Source: an uncultured Planctomycetaceae bacterium
GTDB taxonomy: Bacteria; Planctomycetota; Planctomycetia; Pirellulales; PALSA-1355
NCBI GenBank assembly: GCA_963715755.1
Contig: OY970273.1
Location: forward strand, 86,028 to 150,027
Length of the DNA stretch: 64,000 nt
Direction of reading: 5' to 3'
In this document: positions 41,677 through 52,375 of the stretch, one piece after another
How positions within the stretch are numbered: position 1 is the stretch's first letter
Layout: every line of letters begins with the position of its first letter
Notes under the pieces: generated by a model
Told to the model about the DNA's origin: nothing
The model's database searches: none
What the model saw: only the letters and a program-made list of their open reading frames with translations
Program-made: the position numbers and the translations under genes

Positions 41677-41925
41677 ATGGGCGATATCCGCAATCCCAAG
41701 CTGCTCTATCTGAAAGGGGCCTTGCTGCTCGCCCTGGGCATCTTGGCGGCGGGCATGCTGCTGGCCGAGCATCCTGATTGGCGGACGGCACTGTTGCTGG
41801 CGGTCGCCGTCTGGGCATTTTGCCGGGCGTACTACTTCGCGTTTTACGTGATCGAGCACTACGTCGATCCGAAGTTCCGCTTCGCCGGCCTGATCGATTT
41901 CGTTCGCTACCTGACTCGTAGGTGA
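41677..41925 (+). CDS. small 2-TM membrane protein
   Basis: two hydrophobic helices; followed by hairpin ttggatc-gcatg-gatccaa. Confidence 0.45.
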   Translation: MGDIRNPKLLYLKGALLLALGILAAGMLLAEHPDWRTALLLAVAVWAFCRAYYFAFYVIEHYVDPKFRFAGLIDFVRYLTRR

Positions 41926-41958
41926 GGCGTGACGATCGTTGGATCGCATGGATCCAAT

Positions 41959-43867
41959 TCAAGGCGCCAGTTTCGCGTCGGGAGCCTGAGCCTGTGCGGG
42001 CGGGCTCGCCGCAGCTTGCGGCTGCCACTGCTGGCTGGCAATGCTCTGCAAGCGGCACGATTCAAGCGAGAAGTCGGTCCCCGGCGTCATCCCGATGCAT
42101 TCGTCGAGGATTCCGCCGTCGTCGGTTCCGTCGTTTCCGACGCTGTAGAGCAGGTAGCCCTCGGCATCGGCGCGGTAAACGAGGGCCTGGCCGCTGAATG
42201 GATCGAGGGGAACTTCGTTGAGCCATGCCGGCACGAGCGTTTGCAGCGACGTGGGAAAATTGCCCTCGTCGCGCCGATAGCCGTGAATTGCCAGCTCGGT
42301 GCGGACGAGACGGAGCAGAGCCAGCCCGCGATTGTCGGCTGCGATCAGGGCGTCTCCAAACGGCGCCTTGCCTGACGCGACGTCCTCCAACCGACGATGC
42401 AGCCTGCCAGACCAACCGTTGGCCGTCATGTCCCACGCGTACTCGCGCGAGAACGTCGCCAGGCCGTTCACGATCGCGTTCTGCCGCCGCGAGCGCGGCG
42501 TCGAGCCGGCGTGATTGCTCGCGGCCGAGGGTGGGTGCCAGGTCGGCGAATACGTCCAGCGCGACGGATTCCAGCGCCGTGCCGATAAGTCGATGGAACA
42601 ACATGCCGCCTCGCAGCCCGCGGCTCCCCGCTCGAAAACAATCGAGCCCCGCCGACACGGCCTCCGCGGGATCGTCTCTTTCGGCGGCCGCCCGCGACTG
42701 CAGGACGAACGCCCTTGCCAGCTCGCGCAGGCGCATGGCGCCCGCGATGCCGGGAAACGGTTCATGGTAATCGACCACGACTGCGCAGGGCCCCGCAAGA
42801 ATGTCGTGTGCCGCGGCCAGCCGGTTCGCGTTCAGCAGGGCAAAACTCTGGCACACAGCCGGCGTCGCCACATCGAGATCCTGGCTCGGCAGCGCGCTCC
42901 AATCCAGTCGTCCCGCGAGTGCGTCGAGCCGGGCTTCATTCTCACCGCCCGGCAGGTCAGCCGGAAGCGCCACCGGCATCACGAGCTGCCACCAAAGCCA
43001 GCCGACGGATCCGGCCAGCGGCACGAGCAGGGCCACGAGCGCCACCCGCTGGGCGATCAACCGGAAGGGCACTCGGCGCGGAGTTGCTGCCGTTTCGCCG
43101 TGGGCCTGCGCGCCATCCGCCACGGGCGATTGGCTGCCGAGCCACCACAGTCCCAACCAGACCATTTCCGCCAGTCCCAGCAAGAACGCCGCGGCTGTTA
43201 ACGTTCTGGGCCAGGAGTATTCGCTTTGCACGGCGAACGTGCCAATCATGATCGGCGGCGTCTCGCAGCATGCCTTATAAAATCCCGCAACCAGCCCGCC
43301 CAAGAGCAGCGTGCCAATGAGGGCGACGGCGCACCGCACGCACCCGATGGCGAAGCGGTGGCCCCGGCGGCGAGCAACCTCCGAAAGTAATTTGGTGTGT
43401 GGGACATCAATGGCCCAGATCGCCAGGCAAGTCACCAGCCCGGCAGCCACGCCGATCAGCGCCCACAACGCTCCGTTCGCTTCCCCTCGCCAGTCGGCCG
43501 CCAGACGCCGACTGGCCAGGATTGCCAGGACAAAGGCAAAAATTGGAACGGCGAGCAAGCCGTCGCCGAGCGAGAACTGCCATGCTGCGAGCCCCGTCTG
43601 CTCGCTTCCAGCGCGCAATGCGGCGCGGCGCTTTAGCTGCCACCAGACAATGCGCAACTCGGCCGTCGTGCTGAACTGGGCGATAAACAGGAGCGTTGGC
43701 CCGAGGGCGCCTGTTTGGGCCACGAAGGCGATCCAGGCAACCAGCGGCAGCGTCCGCCAAAACCAGTGCCACGGGCGAGTGAGAACACCGAGGGCCAACA
43801 GCGCCGCCAGAAAAACGGCCGCCAGGCCGATCAGGGCGCCAAGCTGATCCCATTCGTCCATAGCCAT
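41959..43867 (-). CDS. polytopic membrane protein with periplasmic domain ending in a T2SS-pseudopilin (GspG)-like C-terminal motif; split by a frameshift near 42450
   Basis: N-terminal frame MAMDEWDQLGALIGLAAVFLAALL... with ~8 TM helices; C-terminal frame ...LQTLVPAWLNEVPLDPFSGQALVYRADAEGYLLYSVGNDGTDDGG resembles DPWGxxYxY...YxLxSxGxDGxxGG. Confidence 0.5.
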
Positions 43868-44018
43868 CGATCCTACCGCAAATCGGCAGGTATGGCTGCC
43901 CGGCGGCGCGGTCGGACGCAAGGATCGAGCGCCGATCGATCAATCGCCGGCTGAATCCAGGAGGCCTAATTCCAGGCGCCGGCTTCGCCGTCGAGCTTTT
44001 GCAGGGCCCGTTTGATCG

Positions 44019-45680
44019 TCATGCTGCCGGCCGGGACGGGCTGGGCGGCAAAGGGCGTTGCTGCCCGCGCGGCGCCGGCCGCGTGGCGGCGGGAGCAGCT
44101 GGCTGCTTTTCGCAGGCCGGGTTCGCAGTCACCGGAGCTAAAACCGGGGCCGGGGTCACGAACACCGGAGCCGTCGGCGCCGGGCTCGCGACCACGGCAG
44201 CCGGCGCAAGCGGCGCTGCCGGCACGATGAACTCGGCGGTGGACACAGGAGCAGCGGCCTCGGCCGGCGCTGGTGCGCGCTGCGAACGGCGGTCGGCGAC
44301 GGACCACTCGGTGCGTTGCGATTGTGAGTCCGGAAGGGCTGCGGGCTGAATCGTGAGAAACACGATTCCAAAAGCCACGAACAAGCCTGCCATGAGACCG
44401 CCCAAAACGACAGTCGTGCGCCCCGGGCCCGACGGCTTGCTCCCGGCATCGGGCTGGTCGATCAGGGTGATCAGGCTGGAAGTGCGGGCGGCCGCTTGTC
44501 CGGCGTGGGCCTCGGCGAGTTCCTGTTGGGCGGTCTTGAGGATGTCGGAGCGATGCCGCGTGGCGGCCACCAGGTTGCTGTATTCGGCCCGCACGTTGGC
44601 CAATTGCAGCAGCCGGTTTTGCAAGTCCTCGCGATTGCGTTCCAGTCCGGCGACCCGCTCCTGGGCCAGCCGCAGTTCGATCTGCAGGCCTTTGATCGCG
44701 ATGGCGATTTCCTCGCTCAGGTGGGCGCCGATTTCCTGTTCGCCGGCCAGGGCCGATTTCGCCGCGGGATGTTCGGGCGACATCGTGCCCAGCACCGTGG
44801 CCGTGCGGAGCTGGGCGTCGACCAGGCCGTCTTTCAGACGCCGCAGCGCGGGCTGGGCTTCGAGCAGGCGGCTGGGGCTGGCCAACAGCTGGCCCGGCTC
44901 GTCTTTGGCGGCTTCGAGCAGCGAGAGCAATTCCAGGTTCGAGCCGACCTGGGCCCGGTACGTTCGCAGTTCGGCTTCCAGCTCGTTGGACATGCGGCGC
45001 AGGGCGCTATCGCTCGAGGGCGATTCATTCAGCGTGCGCAGTTCGGCCAGATCGCGGCCGGCTTGCTGCTCGACGGCGGTCAGGGCGGCGGTCGACGTGT
45101 CCAGGTCGGCCTGGGCCAAGGCGACCGTGTTTTTCATTTCGTCGATCACGCTTTGATACTTGCTCACCCGGAGTTGCTCGAAGTGCGCCTCCAGCTCGTG
45201 GCAGATCGCGGCGGCCAGTTCGACGGCCCGCTGCTTGTCCGGGGCCGAGACTTTGAGATAGAAGACCTCGGTCTTGCCGAACTCGGCTCCCTTGGGGGGC
45301 GTGAGCTTGACGGACTGTCCGAGCGTCTCGACCGCTCCCACCGAGGGCCACGCCGCGGGGTCGCGATAGTCGTCCGGTGCGCCAACGGCTTTGAGCGCAC
45401 CGGCCAGCACGCTACGGCTCTTGACCAGTTCGAGTACGGTTTCCTGGGCTGTCTTCATTTCTTCGACGTGCGAAAAGCGGCCCAGTCGCGTGGTGTTGCC
45501 CACCGCCTCGTCGCGCACGACCAGCGCCTGGGTTGCTTCCCAGCTGACCGGCCGGACCAGGGCGTAAACCACCGCCAGCGTGGTGCAGGCGACGATCGGC
45601 AGCACCCAGCGCCAGGGATGGGCCCAGAGCGTGCGCAGAACGTCGGTCGGATGGATCGTGGCATGAGGGCCGCGAGACAT
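44019..45680 (-). CDS. polysaccharide co-polymerase / chain-length determinant (Wzz/GumC-like) with Pro/Ala-rich tail
   Basis: TM near N-terminus (VLPIVACTTLAVVYALV), long coiled periplasmic domain, second TM (TVVLGGLMAGLFVAFGIVFLT); alternative upstream ATG at 45731. Confidence 0.8.
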   Translation of the reverse strand: MSRGPHATIHPTDVLRTLWAHPWRWVLPIVACTTLAVVYALVRPVSWEATQALVVRDEAVGNTTRLGRFSHVEEMKTAQETVLELVKSRSVLAGALKAVGAPDDYRDPAAWPSVGAVETLGQSVKLTPPKGAEFGKTEVFYLKVSAPDKQRAVELAAAICHELEAHFEQLRVSKYQSVIDEMKNTVALAQADLDTSTAALTAVEQQAGRDLAELRTLNESPSSDSALRRMSNELEAELRTYRAQVGSNLELLSLLEAAKDEPGQLLASPSRLLEAQPALRRLKDGLVDAQLRTATVLGTMSPEHPAAKSALAGEQEIGAHLSEEIAIAIKGLQIELRLAQERVAGLERNREDLQNRLLQLANVRAEYSNLVAATRHRSDILKTAQQELAEAHAGQAAARTSSLITLIDQPDAGSKPSGPGRTTVVLGGLMAGLFVAFGIVFLTIQPAALPDSQSQRTEWSVADRRSQRAPAPAEAAAPVSTAEFIVPAAPLAPAAVVASPAPTAPVFVTPAPVLAPVTANPACEKQPAAPAATRPAPRGQQRPLPPSPSRPAA

Positions 45681-46085
45681 GGCAAGCTTTCTGACTTTTG
45701 GAGGCGATTCGTGCAATGGGGGGGCGCGCATGGGGGGCGCGCGTCCATCACTAACGTAGGTTACGCCCGGCGCGGCGGGACGGGCGGCCGGCGAGCCCGA
45801 GTTGACGAATGTGCCGCTTGTAGCGGCACGGGGCGCCCGCGATTCAGGGTCGGAGCGCCGGGGGTGTTGCTAAATAGTCACAACGGTCGGCGGTTTTTCG
45901 TTCCCAGCCGGAGCCGACTTGCATCTTGCCCCCAGTAACCAAGAGTTGCAGTGACCCGGAGTTAATGTGTCTTGCGGCCGAGCACCGCGGCAGATCACGG
46001 CGGCGACTCGTGCGCAGCCCACGACCTGCGGCGGCCGCTCGCTTTCCAAGTTTGCTCTTTTGCCCAACTGCGCGGGCCTGGCACC

Positions 46086-47357
46086 ATGCTCGACGTCGAA
46101 CTGCAAGTCGCCGAATCCGTGCCCGACGCGTTGTTGCCCAATGCGTCCCCGCCCGATGCGCCCCCGCCCAATGCGTTCGCAGGCGACCTGTGCGTGCCGG
46201 CGGATGCCTCGCGGCTGAGCGTCAGCCGGCTGGATTCGCTTGACGCGCTTGCGTACTGGGCCGCTGCCTGGAACCGGTTGTCCGGCGACGTGCCGTTCCG
46301 CTCCTACGAATGGGCCAGCTGCTGGTGGCGGCACTACGCGCCGGCCCACGGCGAGCTCTTCGTGCTGGCCGTCCAAGATGACCGACAGAAACTGGTCGGG
46401 CTGGCTCCCTGGTATCGCTCGCGGTCGGCGGGCTGGGGCCAGACCTTGCAGCTCTTGGGTAGCGGCGAGGTGTGCTCGGATTATCTTTCGCTGATTTGCC
46501 GCGAACAGGATGCCCGGGGCGTGAGCGCGGCCTTGGCCGAGTATCTCACGGGCAAAGCGCGGCGTCGCTGGCACGTGTTGGACATGCCGGCGATCGACGC
46601 GGCCGATGCTGCCCTGGGACATCTGCGCGAGCAGCTCGCGCTGCGGGGTCATGCGGTCGATTGCCGCAACGAAGCCCGCTGCTGGCGCCTGGCTTTGCCG
46701 GCGACGTGGAGCGAATTTCTGGCTGGATATTCGAAGTCGCGCCGCGATCGGATCCGGTACTTGTTGCGCCGGCACGTCGAGTCGGGCAAGGTGAAGCTGC
46801 TGCGCGCGGTCGATGGCGAGTCGCTGGAGCGGGCGTTCGGCATTTTCGTCGAACTGCATCAAAAGCGGCGGGCCATGCTGGGGCAGCCGGGTTGCTTTGC
46901 CTCGGCCCGGTTCGAGGCTTTTCACCGCGAAGTGGCTCGGCAGTTTCTCGATTCGGGCCGGCTGCGGCTGGTGTGGCTGGAGTTCGAGGGGCGGCCGCTG
47001 GCGGTGGAGTACGGCTTCGTCGGCGCCGGCACCGTGTATTACTACCAGGGCGGGTTCGAGCCCGAGCTGGCCGACTTCTGCCCCGGCACGCTGATGCAGG
47101 CCGTTTCGCTGCAAGCGGCCATCGCCGAAGGCCACCGGCAGTTCGACTTCCTCCGCGGCGACGAGCCGTACAAGCTGCAGTGGAACGCCCAGAGCGTGCC
47201 GCTGGCGAGTTTGCGGATTGCCGGCGGCAGTCCCGCGGCGCGGGTGCGGCATTCGGCCTGGCAGACGCGCGAGTCGGTCAAGCATTGGATTCGCCAGCGC
47301 TGGTCGCAGCGCGCCGGACAAGCGCCGCCGCCAGCCCGGGAAGAGTCGCACGCATGA
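46086..47357 (+). CDS. FemAB/CelD-like GNAT acyltransferase (Acetyltransf_6-like)
   Basis: ...RRWHVLDMPAID..., LEFEGRPLAVEYGFVGAGTVYYYQGGFEPE, FDFLRGDEPYKLQW. Confidence 0.7.
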   Translation: MLDVELQVAESVPDALLPNASPPDAPPPNAFAGDLCVPADASRLSVSRLDSLDALAYWAAAWNRLSGDVPFRSYEWASCWWRHYAPAHGELFVLAVQDDRQKLVGLAPWYRSRSAGWGQTLQLLGSGEVCSDYLSLICREQDARGVSAALAEYLTGKARRRWHVLDMPAIDAADAALGHLREQLALRGHAVDCRNEARCWRLALPATWSEFLAGYSKSRRDRIRYLLRRHVESGKVKLLRAVDGESLERAFGIFVELHQKRRAMLGQPGCFASARFEAFHREVARQFLDSGRLRLVWLEFEGRPLAVEYGFVGAGTVYYYQGGFEPELADFCPGTLMQAVSLQAAIAEGHRQFDFLRGDEPYKLQWNAQSVPLASLRIAGGSPAARVRHSAWQTRESVKHWIRQRWSQRAGQAPPPAREESHA

Positions 47358-48378
47358 AATTCCTGTCGCAATGCGCGGGCGGCGCCCTGGATTTCCCCAA
47401 ACGGCTGGCCCTGAACCTGTATTACTGCGCCAGCTGGCCGTATCGCAGCGGCTACAACCGCGAATTGGCGCGGGCCGGCCGGGCGCCGGTGATGGTGCTG
47501 TTCTACCACCGCATCGCCGACACGTATCCGAACTCCTGGACCGCTTCGAATCGCACGTTTCGCCGGCAGATTTCCTGGCTGAAACGGAATTTCGAAATGG
47601 TCTCGCTGGCCGAAGCCCAGCGCCGGCTGGTCAGCGGCTACAACGAGCGGCCCTGCGTCAGCATCACGTTCGACGACGGCTACGCCGAGAATTGCCAGCA
47701 CGCCTTGCCGCTCTTGCGCGCGAGCGAATTCCCTGCACGTACTTCGTGACCAGCCGCAACGTGATCGACCGGCGGCCGTTTCCGCACGACGTCGAGCGCG
47801 GCGGCCCGCTGGAGCCCAACACGCCGGAACAGATCAAGGCCCTGGCCGACGCCGGCATCGAGATCGGCTGCCACACCCGAAACCATGTCGACCTGGGCAC
47901 GCTGGCCGACCCGGACGACCTGCACGACGAGATCGTCGTCGCCCGGGCGGAACTGGAGCAGCTGGTCGGCGGGCCGGTGCGTTACTTCGCCTTTCCCTAT
48001 GGGCATCACGTGAACATGTCGCGCGCGGCCGTGGCCGTGGCCCGCGATTGCGGTTTTAAAGGGATCTGTTCGGCCTTCGGCGGATTCAACTTTCCCGGCG
48101 ACGATGCTTTTCACCTGCAGCGCATCCACGCCGACGCCGACCTGATCCGGCTGAAGAACTGGCTGACGGTCGATCCGCGCAAACTGCAGGAGTCGCGGCA
48201 ATTCGCCGCGGCCACGCAGGCCCTGCTGCAGCCGGCGGCGGAGGCAGGCTATGCCGATCGCCGCGCCGCGGACTCCGGCCGAGGCTTGCCCGGCAGCGCG
48301 GGATTTGCGACCGACACGCGTGCGGCCCAGCCGCTGGATTGGCCCGGCTCACTCGTTCTAGAAGGCCCGAACCGATGA
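47354..48378 (+). CDS. polysaccharide deacetylase (NodB homology), split by a 1-nt frameshift near 47728
   Basis: frame A ...VSITFDDGYAENCQHALPLLRASEFPARTS* ; frame B continues ...RERIPCTYFVTSRNVIDRRPFPHDVERGGP...GIEIGCHTRNHVDL. Confidence 0.75.
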
Positions 48379-49946
48379 CCACCGCAGTCGAAACGCAGCC
48401 GAATGCGCAGGCCGCGAGCCTGTGCGCCGACGGCCTGGCCGCGAGCGTCGTGATCCTGCTGGGCATGACGGTGATGCAGCGTCTGATCGGCTTTGGCCGC
48501 GGGGTGCTGTTTTGCCGCTTGCTCGATCCGGAGCAGCTCGGCCAATGGGACGTGGCCTTCAGCTTTTTGAACCTGGCGGCCCCGCTGGCCGTCCTGGGTT
48601 TGCCCGGTTCGTTCGGCAGGTATTTCGAATATTATCGCTGCCGGCAGCAATTGCGCCCGTTCTTGCGGCGCACGACGATCATGTGCGCGATCACCGGGCT
48701 GGTCGGGGTGTTGCTGATCGCCGTCTGGCGACGGCAGTTCTCGGAGCTGATCTTCGGGCGCAGCGATCGCGGCGAACTGGTGCTGTGGCTTTCGGCCTGC
48801 CTGGTCGCGGTCATCGTGCACAACTTCCTGGTCTGCATTTTCATGGCCGCCCGGATGTATCGGGCCGTCACGGCGCTGCAATTTCTGCAAAGCCTGCTGT
48901 TTGCCGTGATCAGCGTGGCCCTGTGTTGCTGGTGGCAGCAAACGGCGGCAAGCGCGGTGGCCGGGTACGGCGTCTCGGCGCTGATCTGCGTGCTGGGCGC
49001 TTATCCGCTGGTGCGCCGAGTGTGGGGGGAAGCGGCTCACGAGCCGGCGGCGGCTGCCGCCGGACGGCGCGAGTTCTGGGCCAAGCTGCTCCCCTTTGCC
49101 GCCTGGGTCTGGGTGACGAACCTGCTTACGAACCTGTTCGACATCGTCGATCGCTACATGATCGTGCATTACAGCGGCCTGGACGTCGACGATGCCCTGC
49201 GGCAAGTCGGCTATTACCACAGTTCGCGATTGATCCCGCTCTTGATCGTGGCTCTGGCGGCCCTGCTGGGCACGATGGTCACTCCGCACTTGAGCCACGA
49301 CTGGGAAGCCGGCCGCCGCCGGGAAGTGGCCCGGCAGCTCAACACGATTCTCAAGAACCTGTCGCTGGCCTTGTTTACCGGCTCGGTGGCCGTGTTGGCG
49401 ATCGCGCCCTTGTTGTTCCGGTTCGCGCTGGCAGGAAAGTTCACGGCCGGACTCGACCAGCTGCCGCTGACCTTGGCTTACTGCACCTGGTTCGGCACGA
49501 TCGCCGTGGCCCAGAACTACCTCTGGTGCGCCGAAAAAGCCTGGCTCAGCAGTTGTTCGCTCCTGGTCGGCTTGCTGGTCAACGTCGGGCTCGATCTGGT
49601 TCTGCTCCAGCGGTTCGGGTTGCACGGCGCAGTCATGGCCACCACGGCTGCCAACTTCGTGGCCCTGCTGCTGGTCTACCTGTTCAGTTGGCATTACGGC
49701 ATGCAAATTGATCGGGGGACGTGGCTATTGTCGGCGGCGCCAGCGCTGCTGTGGCTGGGTCCGCTGGCGGCGAGCGTGGCCCTGATTGCGATCTGGATCG
49801 TCGCCGCCACCACGAATCTGCTGTTTACGAGCGCTGAAAAACAGCACTCGGTCGAAGTGGCCCGCGGTTTTGTCGCCCGATTTGCCGGCCGCGCGGGCGG
49901 GCTCTGGCCCTGGCCGACGCGAACCGCCCTGGAGACCGACGCCTAA
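48375..49946 (+). CDS. Wzx-like oligosaccharide flippase (MOP superfamily polysaccharide biosynthesis protein)
   Basis: ~12-14 TM profile; ATG 48375 overlaps deacetylase stop. Confidence 0.8.
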   Translation: MTTAVETQPNAQAASLCADGLAASVVILLGMTVMQRLIGFGRGVLFCRLLDPEQLGQWDVAFSFLNLAAPLAVLGLPGSFGRYFEYYRCRQQLRPFLRRTTIMCAITGLVGVLLIAVWRRQFSELIFGRSDRGELVLWLSACLVAVIVHNFLVCIFMAARMYRAVTALQFLQSLLFAVISVALCCWWQQTAASAVAGYGVSALICVLGAYPLVRRVWGEAAHEPAAAAAGRREFWAKLLPFAAWVWVTNLLTNLFDIVDRYMIVHYSGLDVDDALRQVGYYHSSRLIPLLIVALAALLGTMVTPHLSHDWEAGRRREVARQLNTILKNLSLALFTGSVAVLAIAPLLFRFALAGKFTAGLDQLPLTLAYCTWFGTIAVAQNYLWCAEKAWLSSCSLLVGLLVNVGLDLVLLQRFGLHGAVMATTAANFVALLLVYLFSWHYGMQIDRGTWLLSAAPALLWLGPLAASVALIAIWIVAATTNLLFTSAEKQHSVEVARGFVARFAGRAGGLWPWPTRTALETDA

Positions 49947-50046
49947 GCGCAGCGCGCTGCCCCGGGGCGCAACCCCCGTCCGGCGAGCGCGCCCGGCCGG
50001 ACCATCCCCTTCATCCCCCAAGATAGATTCAAGCGAGCAACCCCCG

Positions 50047-51264
50047 ATGTTTTCCCGCCGACCGAAATTGATTCCGCTGGCCGATCGTGGACCCTTGCGC
50101 GTGATGTTCGCGCTGACGTCGATGCCCGTGGGCGGCGCCGAGACGCTCCTGGTGAACCTGATCCGCCGGCTCGATCGCGAGCAGTTTCTGCCCGAGCTTT
50201 GCTGCCTGAAAGAGCTCGGCCCGTTGGGCGAAGAAATGGCCGAAGAGGTGCCGACCTTCTCGCAGCTGATCGGCGGCAAGACCGATGTCCGCGTGCTGGG
50301 CCGGCTGGCAAAACTGCTGGCTTGGCGCCGGATCGACGCTTTGATCACCGTGGGCGCGGGCGACAAGATGTTTTGGGGCCGCCTGGCCGCCTGGCGCGCC
50401 GGCGTGCCGGTCGTGGCCTCGGCCTTGCATTCGACGGGCTGGCCGGACGGCGTCGGCCGCTTGAACCGGCTGCTCACGCCGATGACCGACGCGTTCATTG
50501 CCGTGGCCCCGGCGCACGGCGAGTACCTGGTCGAGCGCGAGCGGTTTCCGCGGGCGAAGGTGCGAGTGATTCCCAACGGCGTCGACGTCGAGCGCTTTGG
50601 CGGCGACGCCCAGCGGCTGGCCGTGCGCAGCGAGTTGGGACTTGCGCCCACGACCCCGGTGGCCGGCATCGTGGCCGCGCTGCGGCCGGAAAAAGATCAC
50701 CTGCAGTTCCTGCGGGCGGCGGCGATCGTCCGCCGGCGCGTCCCCGAAGCGGTGTTTCTGATCGTGGGGGACGGCCCGCTGCGCCCGGGGCTCGAAGCCG
50801 CGGCGGCCGAGTTGGGCATTGCCCAGGCCGTGCGCTTTTTGGGCACGCGCTCCGATATTCCCGGGCTGCTGGCCGCCATGGACGTGTTCGCCCTCACGTC
50901 GCAGATGGAAGCCAACCCGGTTTCGATCCTGGAAGCGATGGCTACCAGCCGGCCGGTCGTGGCGCCGAACGTCGGCTCGATTGCCGAATCGGTCGACGAT
51001 GGCGTGACCGGCTATCTCACCGAGCAGGGCAGCGCCGAGCAGACCGCCGAGCGGATTTGTCAGCTGCTGGAAAATGTCGAACTGGCTCGCTCGCTGGGCC
51101 GCACCGGTCGCGAGCGGGTTGAAAAGCGCTGGTCGCTGGACGTGATGGTCCGCGGCTACGAGCAGTTGATTGCCGAAATCTATTCGGCCAAGTGCGGCCC
51201 GAGCCAGTTCGCCCGGCCAACCGCTGCCGACGATGCGCTGCCGCACGCGGTCAAGTCGGTCTGA
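50047..51264 (+). CDS. GT4-family glycosyltransferase
   Basis: MFALTSMPVGGAETLL N-terminal domain, EANPVSILEAMATSRPVVAPNVGSIAESV C-terminal E-X7-E region. Confidence 0.85.
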   Translation: MFSRRPKLIPLADRGPLRVMFALTSMPVGGAETLLVNLIRRLDREQFLPELCCLKELGPLGEEMAEEVPTFSQLIGGKTDVRVLGRLAKLLAWRRIDALITVGAGDKMFWGRLAAWRAGVPVVASALHSTGWPDGVGRLNRLLTPMTDAFIAVAPAHGEYLVERERFPRAKVRVIPNGVDVERFGGDAQRLAVRSELGLAPTTPVAGIVAALRPEKDHLQFLRAAAIVRRRVPEAVFLIVGDGPLRPGLEAAAAELGIAQAVRFLGTRSDIPGLLAAMDVFALTSQMEANPVSILEAMATSRPVVAPNVGSIAESVDDGVTGYLTEQGSAEQTAERICQLLENVELARSLGRTGRERVEKRWSLDVMVRGYEQLIAEIYSAKCGPSQFARPTAADDALPHAVKSV

Positions 51265-51309
51265 CGGGCGAGCGCCCGTTTGTGCAGCAGGTGCCGTGTG
51301 CGGGCATGG

Positions 51310-52135
51310 CTACTGCTGCGGCGCTGACGAGCCGCGGGTCGGCTTCTTGGCCGCGGCGGCTTGGGCCAGCGACTCGGCATGACTGAGCAATTCGTCGCGC
51401 TCCGGTCCGGTGGCTCGCCGGGCCGCCTGCTGATAATACAGCCGGGCCACCGATGCCTTGCCACTGTGTTCGGCCTCGCGCGCGCTGGACCAGGGCCTGC
51501 GTCTCGTGCTCCAAGGCCTCGTGCGCGGCCTGGGCCTGCCGGGCCCGCAGTTGGCGCAGCTCGGCCACGCTCAGCGCCGAACTGGCCGATGCATCGGCGG
51601 CGGCCGCCGGGTTGGGTTTGCCGCCAGAGGCGGGCGGGTCGCTCGCCGAGCCGGTATGGCGGGGCGACCGCGGTACAGCCGGGCCCCCCTCCTGCAGCTG
51701 TTGCCAACGCTCGAGCGCCGGGGTCATTGGCGGACCCTGGCTGACGACAAACGGCGTTTGCGTCGTGTCGGAGAAGCCGGCCGTCGTGCCGTTCATCATT
51801 GTGGTGCTCACCGTCTGCGACGTCTGGCTCTGCCGGCTGCCCTGGCTGGCGGTGATGTTGAAGTAGGCCATGCCGCCGGGAACGGAGAGCGCGAAGCCGG
51901 TTGTCGCGCCGGCATTGGGCGTGGCGCCGCCGAACTGCGGAGCCGCCAGCGGTGCACCGTTTTGCTGGAAGTGGAAGCCGCCGATATTGACGTTGAAGCC
52001 GACGCCGATCTGCTCGAAGAAATTGCTGTTGCCGGTATTGAACGGCGTGGTCACGGTCGCGTGCTGCGCCGCGGCCAGCTGAGCCAGCGCGGTCCAGCAA
52101 ACCAGCGATCCCCAGAGCGATAATCGCGTGCCCAT
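51310..52135 (-). CDS. secreted hypothetical Gly/Thr/Asn-rich protein, apparent frameshift near 51480
   Basis: ATG 52135 preceded by AGGAGG; signal MGTRLSLWGSLVCWTALAQLAAAQHA; tail ...ARLYYQQAARRATGPERDELLSHAESLAQAAAAKKP...* is in a different frame from the body. Confidence 0.45.
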
Positions 52136-52375
52136 GGCAACCTCCTGGCGATGCTCTGCGTCCGCAGAGTGTTTTGCGCTCAGCGAGCGCGGGGGTCCAG
52201 CTTTGCCTGGGGTGAATTGTAGGGGGTCGGGCGAAAAACTCCAAATCGCCGGTCCCGGCCGCCGCGTGTTTTTTTGCCAAACGCCGTCGGCAACCCTTTT
52301 CATCGGTCGGCCCCACCGCCATGATCGAGGAAGTTGCTGTTTGCCCGCGCCACAGGCCGCATCTTGGCTGCCGAC

